Shown here: one piece after another, positions 37,731-51,410 of the stretch | Position numbering within the stretch: position 1 is the first letter of the stretch | Layout of the letters: each line of letters opens with the position of its first letter | From: Mobula hypostoma | Lineage: Eukaryota | Length of the DNA: 64,000 bases | Direction of reading: 5' to 3' | NCBI RefSeq assembly: GCF_963921235.1 | Contig: NC_086109.1 | Coordinates: forward strand, 13,766,001-13,830,000 | Program-made: the position numbers and the translations under genes | Notes under the pieces: model-generated | Databases searched by the model: none | The model's input: the letters and a program-made list of their open reading frames with translations, nothing else | What the model was told of the DNA's origin: nothing

Positions 37731-39642
37731 GTGTTGGAAGAACAAAATCTCATTTTGTTCTTCCAATATTCCCATCAGTTACCACTCACCCTCACATTAG
37801 GGGCCAAGCCTTTGGGATGTTGGAGTAAACAGGAGAACCCCAGCGATTCCAGGTAGTCACAGGGAGAACAGACAGTGTTGTGGGTCAGGTCTGAACCTGG
37901 GTTACCAGGCTGTAAGGCAGTGGTTCCAGTAGCTGTGCCACTGCATTAGAGTTCTACGTTCGAGTCAGGCTGCAAGTTGAATTTATTTCCATGTGCAGAA
38001 GCACAGCGAGTAACAATTACCAATTTTTATTGAAGCACCATAGAAGGCGCCCCACCTGGATGTATCACGCCTTGCATGGCAACTGCTCTGCCCAAGATTG
38101 CAAACAACTGCAGAGAGTTATGGACACGGTCCAGCACACCATGGGAACCAGCCTTCTCTGCAAGGATTCTGTCTACATTTCTTGCTGCCTCGATAAAACA
38201 GCCATTGTAATCAAACACTCCTTCCACCTTGGACACTCTCTCCCCCCCAATCTCATAGAAATATTGAGCAGAAGGTATGCAGGCCTGAAAACATATACCA
38301 CCAAGCTGAAGGGTAAATTCTATTCCACTGTTATGAAACGATTAAGTGGACCTCTTGTGCAATAAGATGGGCTCTTGACCGCTTCATGACCTTGCAACTT
38401 TATCTGCAACTGAAGAACTACATTCTACATTGTCATTGCTACTCCCTTGTACTACCTAATGTTGTGAAATGACCTTTTCTCTCTGCCTCCGTATATTTGA
38501 CAATAACGAATCAATTACCGGTGAAAACCTTACTTGCAACAGCATCACAGGCAGCGGATGCACATGTGGATAGGAACAGACCAGCAGACGTCTTGATGGA
38601 GCCACATTTCATGAGGCAGCGATCTCTCAGAAGGTAATGTAAAAAGCTTATATTGCACAAACAGCAGACTCTCATTTTTGCTTACACCTTAAAGCAAGTT
38701 TTATCATTGCTAAATGTTGAGTTTATTGGCAAGCATTTTCTGTCCAAATGCTCATTAGGAATACATTCTTTCTTTTTATTGGCCAACGTTCCTTTCAAAG
38801 GTAACTTTCGTTGTTTTATGAAGTGATGACCTCTCCCTAAACGTGTAACCCTCTGGGTAAAGGTTGCTGCCTGAACCTCGTTAATGAAAGGCCATTGTGC
38901 AATCATGTGATCTCAGCAAATCACAAAAGGCACTGAATAGGAAACCTCTGAGATCCTGTTATCTGTGACCGCAAGACTCTGAGCAGGAAGTTCCAGCGTT
39001 GTTGTGGTGTACGAGTACCAGCCCAGTTTTTGTTATCTGTTGTCAAGCACCTTTGATTGTCTCACAACACGGTTTTGTTTACAAAAGCTGGGCCAGGCTC
39101 TGTACCACAGTGTTAACAAGATGCATACACCCTATCAGTTAACACCAATCCATGGTATGTGAACTAATCTGCCAACTCTAACATCCAGTAACCTAGTAGT
39201 GAGCTTGGAGACCTTTCAACATCATGAACTCACTGCCCAGGTCTTTTAGCCTTGTTGAAATGAGGAATTGTCTGCCCTTGTCTGTAGTTTTTTCTTTGAT
39301 TCTATTGTATTTCTCTGTTCTACTGTGAATGCCTATAAGAAAATTAATCCAAGGTAGTATATTTAGAGATATGGTGTGGAACAGGCCCTTCCAGCAACTC
39401 ACCAATTTAACACTATCCTAATTACAGGACAACTTACTTGACCCCGCACACTCCACACTCTGTAAAAGCTTGCCCCACACATTTCCTTTGAACCTAGCCT
39501 CTCTCACCTTAAACGTATGGGCTGTCTGCTTGGCTGAGGAGCCAGTAGTGTGAACTGACCATCCATGGGATTGTGACTGAGGTTTGGAAAATGATGAGGG
39601 GCAATAGATAAGATATTTTCCCCAGGGCAGGGCAGAATAGAA

Positions 39643-40354
39643 CAGAGGTACCGGTGACCCCTGTTTCCATCCAGGGGGTCAGTGTGGACATGGTGGAGGA
39701 TTACAAATACCTGGGGATACGAATTGACAATAAACTGGACTGGTCAAAGAACACTGAGGCTGTCTACAAGAAGGGTCAGAGCTGTCTCTATTTCCTGAGG
39801 AGACTGAGGTCCTTTAACTTCTGCCGGACGATGCTGAGGATGTTCTACGAGTCTGTGGTGGCCAGTGCTATCATGTTTGCTGTTGTGTGCTGGAACAGCA
39901 GGCTGAGGGTGGCAGACACCAACAGAATCAACAAACTCATTCGTAAGGCTAGTGATGTTGTGGGGATGGAACTGGACTCTCTGACAGTGGTGTCTGAAAA
40001 GAGGATGCTGTCCAAGTTGCATGCCATCTTGGTCAATGTCTCCCATCCACTACATAATGTACTGGGTGAGCACAGGAGTACATTCAGCCTGAGACTCATT
40101 CCACCGAGATGCAACACAGAGCGTCATAGGAAGTCATTCCTGCCTGTGGCCATCAAACTTTACAACTCCTCCCTTGGAGGGTCAGACACCCTGAGCCAAG
40201 AGGCTGGTCCTGGACTTACTTCATAATTTATTGGCATAAATTACATATTACTATTTAACTATTTATGATTCTATTACTATTTATTATTTATGGTGCAACT
40301 GTAATGAAAACCAATTTCCCCCGGGATCAATAAAGTATGACTATGACTATGACT
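39643..40354 (+). mobile_element. Young 5'-truncated Rex1/Babar-type LINE from a distinct subfamily
   Basis: Uninterrupted 190-aa C-terminal ORF (YKYLG...LYFLRRLRSF...SHPLH...SFLPVAIKLYN); (ATGACT)n tail; 7-bp TSD aatagaa at 39636 and 40355. Confidence 0.88.
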
Positions 40355-40492
40355 AATAGAATTAGAGAGCATCGGCTTAACATGAGAGGGGACAAATTGT
40401 AAAAGTGATCTGAGGGGCAGGTTTCTCATATAAAAATCGGTAAACATCTGGAATGAAGAGCCAGAGGAAGTGCCAAATACAAAGTTTAAAAG

Positions 40493-41078
40493 ACCATAGA
40501 CCTTAAGATCATAAGACAAAGGAGCAGAAATAGGCCATTCCGCCCATCAATTCTGCTATGACATTCTATCAAAGCTCATTTCTTATCCTACTCAAACCCA
40601 TTCCTCTGTTTTCTCCACATGACCTTTAACACCTTGACAAATCAAGACCTTTCTATCTCTACTTTAAGTATACCCATTGCCTTTCCTCCACAGCTGTCCA
40701 TGGTAATAAATTCCACAGATTCACCACCCTCTGGCCAAAGAAATCCTCCTCATCTCGGTTCTAAAGGGATGTCCTTGTATTCTAAGGCTGTGCCCTCTGG
40801 TCCTGGGCTCTCCCACTATAGGAAATATCTTCTCCATGTCCACTCTATCTAGGCCAGTCAATACTTGATAACCTCCAAAGAGGTCACTCTCATTCTTATA
40901 AACTCCAGTGAGTATAGGACCAGAGTCATCAAACACGGTTCATACTTTAACCCTTTTCATACGCAGGTTCATTCCTGTGAACATTCTCAGGACCCTCTCC
41001 ATGCCAGCACATCCTTTCTTAGATAAGAGGCCCAAAAGTGCTCACAATATTCGAAGTGCAGTCTGAACAATGCCTTTA
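40493..41078 (-). mobile_element. CR1 3' fragment
   Basis: RTRGHSLRIQGHPFRTEMRR motif and CR1 3' UTR. Confidence 0.75.
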
Positions 41079-43367
41079 GCTTTTCCCTCTCTGCTTCGAT
41101 GCTTTTTCCTAACCAAGTACCAGTTTAAATGGCAAAATGGCAAATGAGATTGGCATAGAAAGGCATCACAGATGGCATGGACAAGGTGGGCCAAAAGGGT
41201 CTGTTCCTGTTGCTAAATTCAATCATGCGAAGGTCAGAGGCTCACATCGCAAAGAGGGTTTGATCACTCATGCAGATCTCCACGGTGGATAAAGTGGATG
41301 ATGAATGGAATCCAGGCAATGAAGGGTTAACATATGGCGGTGTTGGGGGGCGGGGGGAATCTCATTGAAACCTAGCAAATATTGAAAGGCCTAGATAGAG
41401 TGAATATGCAGAGGATGCTTCCGATAATGGGGATGTCTAGGATCGGAAGGCACAGCTTCAGAATCAAAAGAATTCCTTTTAGAGCAGGGATTTCTTTAGC
41501 TGGAGGGTGGTGAACCTCTGGAATTCATTGCCACACGTGGCTGTGGAGGCAAGTCATTTGATATATTTAAGGCAGGGGCTGACATGCTCTTAATTAGTTA
41601 AAGGTTAAAGGTTGGGGGTGGGGAGAAGGCAGAAGCATGGGATTGCGGCGGGGGGGGAGGGGGGGGATAATAAATCAGCCATGATAGAATTGGCTAATTC
41701 TGCTCCAATGTTTTATGGTCTTATGAGGGTTTACAGAACTTATCCAATGGACCTTTGTGCTTCAGACACTTGTTTATTCTCACATAGTGCCGAAGCCTCA
41801 TTTGGTTCCCATGACTATTTTGCCACCTATTCCATAAATGTCTATGAACCTTGTTGGAAATTTCCCTACACCTCTCCACTGTTGATCAATCTCGCCATTG
41901 CCCACTCCACACCCTTGTCTTGTTCTTGAATAAATGGCATCACCTCTGAAGGTTAATAGGTTCGGCCTCCATGCCAGGTTATTGGTTGCAGTTTGCAGGA
42001 TCAGTTTAACTTCTCTGTTTACACTGTTCCCGAGATTGTGTTCAATTGTCTTTGTTTGCTGTCTTGAATGAGTCATTCACAAAGAGCAGCAAATAAACTG
42101 AGAGACCTGGATACAATCCAGCGTATTTATATGGAAAAGATATTCATTTGTTTTTCCAACAGTCTGGTTTCCGCCCTCAATCATAATCAAGATCAAAATA
42201 AATTAGAAGCTATGAAACCAAAAGCGAGGGGAATAAAGGGGCACTTGGGGCTGGAGTCTTTGTCTTTGATCGCCACTACTAAACAGGTGCTATATTATTG
42301 GTTGCCCTCTTTATCTCCCTTCCCGATTTCCAGTTCCACTTACTTCAGTGGAGATAGGGGATCAATGGTGTGCCAACTTCTGCAGATTCTGCATTGTCAC
42401 ATTTTGCCAGAACCGAAAACAGACAAAAAAAAGGTCAATGGAGCTATGCTGGTGTCTCAGCTCAAGGCTTGGGAAAAAGTTTTGTTTTGATAAGTATAAT
42501 GAAACTTCAATGCACATTTCCTCCATGTCTTGAGATGCAGAGGAAAGAGACGGGGCAGAATTGACCAGATGGGACGAAAGGCCTGCTTCTCAGTTCCAGT
42601 GCTCTATGACTCAATGACTCTGAAAACTGCTATCTTGATTAGAATTCCTGTATAGTGTGGTAAAAGTATGTTAGGATGGGAAACTGTTTCCTCCGCCAGG
42701 CTGTGAGACTACTGAGCTCCCTGCCACCACCCATGTCTCATCACCATGAAGTGACAGCAGCGTTATACTGTTTATTTTTTAATCTGTGTCATAAAAGCAC
42801 TTTATGCTGAATGTCAATCTTCTGGAATATATTTTATTATATGCTAAATATTTGTGGTAATATTACTTCATGTGTTGTGTACTGTAGTATACTGTAATAT
42901 GCTGTAGTGTTATGCAACTTGGTCCAGAGGAGAGTTGTTTCATTTGGTTGTATACATGTGTACGGTCGAGTGGCAATAAACTTGAGCTTGAACAGGAAGT
43001 GGGTGAAGCAGCAAACAGCTGATGCATTTTATAGAAGCTATAATTCCAAGGACTGAGACAGAAAGGAATCAGAGGTGGAGGTAAATCTGAGTTGTAGAAA
43101 GGGCGGCACATTGTTGTGCTATTGGACGAGTAGTCTGGACCTTGGACTAGGAGAATATTGGACAGGCACAGACCATCACAGGCACAGCCCTCTCCAACAT
43201 TGGTAGCATCTACAGGAGGCACTGCCCCAAGAAGACAGCATCTATCATCAAAACTCCCCACCATCCGGTTCATGGGTGGGGGGAAGGGTTAGATTGACCT
43301 TAGAATAGGTTAAAATGTTCAAATATTGTGGACCGATGGGCCTGCACTGTGCTATAGTGTTCTCTCT

Positions 43368-43973
43368 TCTGTGTTCTATGTTCTATGTTATATGCTCTAT
43401 GTTCTATGTTCTATGTTCCATGTTCTATGCTCTATGTTCTATATTCTATGCTCTATGTTCAATGTTCTGTTATATGCTCTATTTTCTATGTTCTATGCTC
43501 TGTTCTATGTTGTATGTTCTATGTTATATGCTCTGTGTTCTATGTTCCATGTTCCATGTTCTATGTTCTATGTTCCATGTTCCATGTTCCATGTTCTATG
43601 TTCTATGCTCTATGTTCTATGTTCCATGTTCCATGTTCTATGGTCTATGTTCTGTTCTATGCTCTATGTGCTATGCTCTATGTTCTATGTTCTATGCTCT
43701 ATGTTCTATGTTCCATGTTCTATGTTATATGCTCTGTTCTATGTTCTATGTTCCATGTTCTATGCTCTATGTTCTATGTTCTATGCTCTATGTTCTATGT
43801 TCTATGTTATATGCTCTATGTTCTATGCTCTATGTTCTATGTTGTATGTTCTATGTTCTATGTTATATGCTCTGTGTTCTATGTTCTATGCTCTGTGTTC
43901 TATGTTCCATGTTCCATGTTCTATGTTCTATGCTCTATGTTCTATGTTCTATGTTCTATGTTATATGCTCTAT
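43368..43973 (+). repeat. 7-bp (TTCTATG)n tandem array with variant units
   Basis: About 600 bp of ttctatg / ctctatg / ttccatg / ttatatg directly after a CR1 3' UTR. Confidence 0.97.
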
Positions 43974-44098
43974 GATCTAAGTTCTAATTGTCATCGTTTT
44001 AGATTGAAACTTTACATCAGGACTTCAAAGTAGTTATTGCACTGAAGTTTATTACAATTGGCTTCTATTTGAAAAATAGCAATAGGTCACCACTGCAA

Positions 44099-47000
44099 AC
44101 ATAGAAACATAGAAACATAGAAAATAGGTGCAGGAGTAGGCCATTCGGCCCTTCGAGCCTGCACCACCATTTATTATGATCATGGCTGATCATCCAACTC
44201 AGAACCCCGCCCCAGCCTTCCCTCCATACCCCCTGATCCCCGTAGTCACAAGGGCCACATCTGACTCCCTCTTAAATATAGCCAATGAACTGGCCTCAAC
44301 TGTTTCCTGTGGCAGAGAATTCCACAGATTCACCACTCTCTGTGTGAAGAAGTTTTTCCTAATCTCGGTCCTAGAGGGCTTCCCCTTTATCCTCCAACTG
44401 TGACCCCTTGTTCTGGACTTCCCCAACATCGGAAACAATCTTCCTGCATCTCGCCTGTCCAATCCCTTTAGGATTTTATACATTTCAATCAGATCCCCAA
44501 TCTTCTAAATTCCAACGAGTACAAGCCCAGTTCATCCAGTCTTTCTTCATATGAAAGTCCTGCCATCCCAGGAATCAATCTGGTGAACCTTCTTTGTACT
44601 CCCTCTATGGCAAGGATGTCTTTCCTCAGATTAGGGGACCAAAACTGCACACAATACTCCAGGTGTGGTCTCACCAAGGCCTTGTACAACTGCAGTAGTA
44701 CCTCCCTGCTCCTGGAGTACTCGAATCCTCTCGCTATAGATGCCAGCATACCATTCGCCTTTTTCACCGCCTGCTGTACCTGCATGCCCACTTTCAATGA
44801 CTGGTGTATAATGACACCCAGGTCTCGTTGCACCTCCCCTTTTCCTAATCGGCCACCATTCAGATAATAATCTGTTTTCCTATTTTTGCCACCAAAGTGG
44901 ATAACTTCACATTTATCCACATTAAATTGCATCTGCCATGAATTTGCCCACTCACCCAACCTATCCAAGTCACTCTGCATCCTCTTAGCATCCTCCTCAC
45001 AGCTAACACTGCCACCCAGCTTCGTGTCATCTGCAAACTTGGAGATGCTGCATTTAACATCCTCATCCAAGTCATTAACATATATTGTAAACAACTGGGG
45101 TCCCAGCACTGAGCCTTGCGGTACCCCACTAGTCACCGCCTGCCATTCTGAAAAGGTCCCGTTTATTCCCACTCTTTGCTTCCTGTCTGCTAACCAATTC
45201 TCCATCCACATCAATACCTTACCCCCAATACCGTGTGCTTTAAGTTTGCCCACTAATCTCCTGTGTGGGACCTTGTCAAAAGCCTTTTGAAAATCCAAAT
45301 ATACAACATCCACTGGTTCTCCCCTATCCACTCTACTAGTTACATCCTCAAAAAATTCTAAGAGATACGTCAGACATGATTTTCCTTTCACAAATCCATG
45401 CTGACTTTGTCCGATGATTTCACCGCTTTCCAAATGTGCTGTTATCACATCTTTGATAACTGACTCCAGCAGTTTCCCCACCACCGACATTAGGCTAACC
45501 GGTCTATAATTCCCTGGTTTCTCTCTCCCTCCTTTTTTAAAAAGTGGGGTTACATTAGCCACCCTCCAATCCTCAGGAACTAGTCCAGAATCTAACGAGT
45601 TTTGAAAAATTATCACTAATGCATCCACTATTTCTTGGGCTACTTCCTTAAGCACTCTAGGATGCAGACCATCTGGCCCTGGGGATTTATCTGCCTACAA
45701 TCCCTTCAATTTACCTACCACCACTTCCCTACTAACATGTATTTCGCTCAGTTCCTCCATCTCACTGGACCCTCTGTCCCCTACTATTTCTGGAAGATTA
45801 TTTATGTCCTCCTTAGTGAAGACAGAACCAAAGTAATTATTCAGTTGGTCTGCCATGTCCTTGCTCCCCATAATCAATTCACCTGTTTCTGTCTGTAGGG
45901 GACCTACATTTGTCTTTACCAGTCTTTTCCTTTTTACATATCTATAAAAGCTTTTACAGTCAGTTTTTATGTTCCCTGCCAGTTTTCTCTCATAATCTTT
46001 TTTCCCCTTCCTAATTAAGCCCTTTGTCCTCCTCTGCTGAACTCTGAATTTCTCCCAGTCCTCAGGTGAGCCACTTTCTCTGGCTAATTTGTATGCTTCT
46101 TCTTTGGAATTGATACTATCCCTAATTTCCCTTGTCAGCCATGGGTGCACTACCTTCCTTGATTTATTCTTTTGCCAAACTGGGATGAACAATTGTTGTA
46201 GTTCATCCATGCAACCTTTAAATGCTTGCCATTGCATATCCACCATCAATCCTTTAAGTGTCATTTGCTAGTCTATCTTAGCTAATTCACGTCTCATACC
46301 TTCAAAGTTACCCCTCTTTAAGTTCAGAACCTTTGTTTCTGAATTAACTATGTCACTCTCCATCTTAATGAAGAATTCCACCATATTATGGTCACTCTTA
46401 CCCAAGGGGCCTCTCACGACAAGATTGCTAATTAACCCTTCCTCATTGCTCAAAACCCAGTCCAGAATAGCCTGCTCTCTAGTTGGTTCCTCGACATGTT
46501 GGTTCAAAAAACCATCCCGCATACATTCCAAGAAATCCTCTTCCTCAGCACCTTTACCAATTTGGTTCACCCAGTCTACATGTAGATTGAAGTCACCCAT
46601 TATAACTGCTGTTCCTTTATTGCACACATTTCTAACTTCCTGTTTAATACCATCTCCGACCTCACTACTACTGTTAGGTGGCCTGTACACAACTCCCACC
46701 AGCGTCTTCTGCCCCTTAGTGTTACGCAGCTCTACCTATATCGATTCCACATCTTCCTTTCTATTGTGTTAATCTCTTCTTTAACCAGCAACGCCACCCC
46801 ACCTCCCCTTCCTTCATGTCTATCCCTCCTGAATATTGAATATCCCTGAACGTTGAGCTCCCATCCCTGGTCACCCTGGAGCCATGTCTCTGTGATCCCA
46901 ACTATATCATAATCATTAATAACAATCTGCACTTTCAATTCATCCACCTTATTACGAATGCTCCTTGCATTGACACATAAAGCCTTCAGGCGCTCTTTTA

Positions 47001-47400
47001 CAACTCTCTTAGCCCTTATACAATTATGTTGAAAAGTGGCCCTTTTTAATGCTTGCCCTGGATTTGTCGGCCTGCCACTTTTACTTTTCTCCTTATTACT
47101 TTTTGCTTCTACCCTCACTTTACACCCCTCTGTCTCTCTGCACTGGTTCCCATCCCCCTGTTGTGAACTAACCTCCTCACGCCTAGCCTCTTTAATTTGA
47201 TTCCCACCCCCCAACCATTCTAGTTTAAAGTCACCTCAGTAGCCCCCGCTAATCTCCCTGCCAGGATATTGGTCCCCCTAGGATTCAAGTGTAACCCGTC
47301 CTTTTTGTACAGGTCACGCCTGCGCCAAGAGAGGTCCCAATGATCCAAAAACTTGAATCCCTGCCCCCTGCTCCAATCCCTCAGCTACGCATTTATCCTC
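44099..47400 (-). mobile_element. Young CR1 LINE: ORF1 C-terminus (SGNH esterase-like) plus near-complete ORF2 (APE endonuclease and RT)
   Basis: ORF1 ...DLYKKDGLHLNPRG...*; ORF2 [43 protein letters not shown]. Two in-frame stops (46268, 45695) and two frameshifts; (TTTCTATG)3 tail. Confidence 0.97.
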
Positions 47401-47544
47401 AGTTTGAACAGACACCAGTTTGAATTTGCCTTATTTAAATTCTCATCCTGTTTTTCATTGTCTCCCCAGCCCTGATCCAGGGAACGAGTGGATAGTGAAC
47501 AGGAAAAGGCATGGTAATTAAACATCCTTTTAATTACCATGCCC

Positions 47545-48230
47545 ATGTTGGAGTTCGTCGAGTTTACAAGTTTCTCCAGCTTTTTCCAGTCCTGGGCTGT
47601 GCTTTCCCCTCCCCCGCCACCCCACCACCACTATAGCAGACCATACTGCAGCCAGTCAGAATGTTATCCACGGCGCATCCATAGATGCTTGTGTGAGTCT
47701 TTAGTGATATACCAAGTCTCCTCAAACACATAATGAAATATAGCTGCTGTCGTGCATTCTTTGTAATTGCATTAATATGTTGTGGCCCGGGATAAATCTT
47801 CAGAGATGTTGACACCCAAGAACTTGAAACTGCTAACCCTTTCCACTGCTAATCCCTCAATGAGGATTGATGTGCGTTCCCTCACCTTACCCTTCCTTTA
47901 GTCAGTTCTTTAGTTTTACCGATGTTGAGTACAAAGTCAGTTTTGCACCACCACACAACCAGCTGATCTATCTCAGTCCTGTACTCCTCCTCATCACCAT
48001 CTGAAACTCTGCCAACAATAGTTGTCTCATCAGCAAATTTATAGATGGCCTAGCCACACAGTCATGGGTGTAGAGGGAGCAGAGCAATGGGCTAAGCACA
48101 GATCCCTGAGGTGCTGAGGTGTTGATTGTTAGGGAGGAGGAGATGTGACTTCTGATCTGCTAGGCTGTGGTCTCTTGGTGAGGAAGTCAAGGATCCAGTT
48201 AAAGAGGGAGGTACAGAGGCCCAGGTTTTC
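47545..48230 (-). mobile_element. Rex1-type LINE RT C-terminal fragment
   Basis: QHINAITKNARQQLYF...ILTGC; aaatttgctgatga on the minus strand. Confidence 0.75.
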
Positions 48231-50014
48231 GACTGACTTATATGATGTGAAATCTGTTGTTCTGCCACAGCAGTACAGTGCAAGCTCATAAAAGTTGCCA
48301 TAAATTATATAGTAAGTTAATAGTGCAACAAAAATGGAACAGCAATGTCATGTTCAGGGGCTCATGTACCTTTCAGAGATCTGATGGAAAAGTGGAAGAG
48401 GCCCTGTGATAACATGGATTCCTCCACCTTCTCTGGTTTCCTCCCACATTCCAAAAGACATATGAGTTATGTTTAGTAAACCGTAGGCATGCAATGTTGG
48501 CACAAGAAGGATGGTGACAATTGCAGGCTGCCTCTAGCACATCCCTGGACTGTTTTGGCCATTGATGCAATCAATACATATTTCAATATTTCAATGTACA
48601 CATGACAAACTATTCTAACAAAGAGATGAAGATGACAGTGTGATTGGAGATGATGGAGCATGGAACAAAAAGAGGAGGGTGTGGGGGGGTGGGTTTCCAT
48701 TTTCCTCCATGGATGCTGCCTGACCTGCTGAGAGTTCCTCCAACATAGTTCATAGTTCAATTATGTGTTGCTCTAGATTTCCAGCACCCACAGTCCCTCT
48801 TGCAAACCCTATTTTTCTTTGGAGCAAAGGGGGTTGAGAGATGACCTGGTACTGGTGCATAAGACAGAAAGAGTTATTGATAGAGTGGACAGCTAGCACT
48901 TTCTACCCAGGGTAGAAATGGCTAATTCGAGAGAGCATAGTTTTAAGGTGATTGGAGGAAAATATAGGTAGAATTTTTTTCACAGATAGTAGTAAGTACC
49001 TGGTATTCATTGCTTGGGGTGACGGTAGAGGCAGGGAGATTAGGAACATTGAAGTGACTCTTAGATAGGCACATGAATGAAAGAAAAATGGAGAGCTATA
49101 TGGGAAGGAGGCACTAGATTGACCTTGGAATAGGTTAAAAAGTCAACACAATATCAAGAGCTGAAGAGCCTTACTGTGTACTGTTCGATAGTCTATGTTC
49201 TATGAACCCCAGGTTGCCCAAACATTTAACACTTACTCACTACTCCAGGCATCAGCCTGGTAAACACTCTGGTGGCTCTAGTTCCAGCAGTTTAAGTATT
49301 ACTCTATTTTCCTTCGGACTCCTATTTCTTCCATTTACAAAGTGACCAGGCCAAAATCTTGCTTCTTTAAACATTGCCTTCGCAAGTCTTCCACCTTGTA
49401 CTCTCACCCCTTGTTATCACTGAATCCCTCCCAGCTCCACCTCACTCCATCGATTCCTCTTCTTCGCGCTTTCTGCCATGCCCTCTCCAGCTGGACGTAC
49501 TTCTGTTTCTACAGAACATAGAACACAGCAGCACAGTGCTGGCCCTCCAAATTACGATTTTTGCGCTGACCATTTAATCTACTCTAACTCTTCCCTCCCA
49601 CATAGCCCTCCATATTTCGGTCATCCATTAAGAGGCCCCGGTCCTAAAGCAGAGAATGATCTGAGGTTTGGACAATTTAAGTGTTGGGCCAGATTAAGAA
49701 GGTCAGGGTGATGGGACTGGAGGTGAGGTTCGGGTCGGTTCAGCTCGTCTTTGCACTGAACTGAGGCTGTGGCCGGCAACTAACAGCTTCTGGATTGGCT
49801 GTGGTGATGCCTGGCTTAGCGGCTGTGGACTAAGCTGGTTGCTTACTTTTGTTGTTTGTGTGATTTGTTTTTTCACCCTGCACATAGGGTGTTTGATGGG
49901 CTTCCTTTTTTAATGGATTCTGTTGGGTTTCATTGTTTTGTGGCTGTCTGTGAGAAGACGAATCTCAAGGTTGTATATAGTATACGTACTAGATAATAAA
50001 TGTACTTTGAACTT

Positions 50015-50860
50015 TAAATGTCCTTAATGTATCTGCCTCTACCATCACCCCTCGAAGTGTATAACATGCACGCACCACTCTGGGTAAAAATACATCTTTT
50101 TGACATTCCCACCCACCCCCCATATACTTCCCTCCAATCACCTTAAAATTATGCCCCCTTGCATTAGCCATTTCTGTCCTGGGAAAAAGTCTCTGGCTGT
50201 CTACTTGATCTGTGCCTCTTATCATCTTGTACACCCCTGTCAAGTCAGCTCTCATCCTCCTTCTCCTCAAAGAGAAAAGCTCGAGCTTGCTCAACTATCC
50301 TCTTTAGATATGCTCTCCTGTTCAGGCAGCACCTCTTTACTCTCCTTCCAGCTCTGAAGAAAGCCTTGTGGCCTAAAATATTAGCTTTTTTTCTGCGGAG
50401 CAGACTCGATGGGCCGAACGGCTGACTTCTGCTCCTTTGTCCTATGGTCTCTTAACAGATAGAACATAGAACAGTACAGCACAGAAATAGGCCCTTTAGC
50501 CCACAATGTTGTACCAAACCAGCTAAAAAGTAAATTTTAAAAAATCCAAAAACTAATCCCTCCTACTTACACAATTTCCATATCCCCCCTCCATCTTCCT
50601 CACATTCATGTGCCTATCTAAACGTCTATTAAAAGCTTCTAATGTATTTGTATCTACCACCGTACCAGACAGTGCATTCCAGGCATCCACCACTCTCTGA
50701 GTAAAAGACTTACCTTTCACATCCCCTTTGAACCTACCCCCTCTCACCTTCAATGCGTGCCTTCTGGTATTAGACATGTCTATCCTGGGAGGAAGATACT
50801 TGCTGCTACTCTATTGATGCCTCTCATAACCTTATAACCTCTATCAGATCTCCCCTCATC
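50015..50860 (-). mobile_element. Two CR1 3' fragments
   Basis: ORFs 49989-50294 and 50553-50777 (RGHNFKV; FTQRVVDAWNAL). Confidence 0.75.
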
Positions 50861-51094
50861 CTGGTGCATCCTGACCTGCTGAGTTTTTCCAACGACTACT
50901 GTTTTCACTCTGGGAAATTTTGTGCTGAAATTATATCGGGTATAAATGAAAGCAGTGGGGATCCCAGCTCCCTCTCGATAGTCAGTGCAAATAGTAGACG
51001 TCACAGGTTAGAAATGGAGCCAATGTGCGCGGACCCATGGAGAACGTGGTGAAGGTTGCACTGTAGTGGTTACACTGTCACAGGGGGAGGGGGT

Positions 51095-51410
51095 GATAGC
51101 ACCGTAGCGTAACAGTTAGAGCAATGCTTTACTATGCGCCACCTGTAAGATCGAGGTTCAATTCCCACCTCTGCCTGTAAGGAGTTTCTACGTACTCAGC
51201 GTGAGCGCATGCATTTCCTCAAGGTGCTCTGGTTTCCTCCCACATTCCAAAGATGTAGAGGGAAGGGTTAGTAGGTTGTGGGCATGCTATGTTGGTGCGG
51301 GAAATGTTGTGAAACTTCTGGTCTGCCCTGAACCATTCTTGGAGATTTGATTTGACGCCAACGATGCATTTCACTTTGTCTCAATCTGCAAATAAGGCTA
51401 ATCTTTAAAT
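51095..51410 (+). mobile_element. V-SINE
   Basis: ggttcaattccc B box; gtgctctggtttcctccacattccaaaga. Confidence 0.7.

Noticed and set aside
42068..42490. 140-aa ATG-initiated ORF in unique DNA
   Set aside because: No recognisable domain or coding-like composition; compatible with chance.
43315..44033. Three overlapping MFYVLCS-repeat ORFs
   Set aside because: Artefact of the 7-bp tandem array; open in all three plus-strand frames.
44489..45655. 388-aa RT ORF as a functional or domesticated gene
   Set aside because: It is a segment of CR1 ORF2 bounded by a premature stop and a frameshift.
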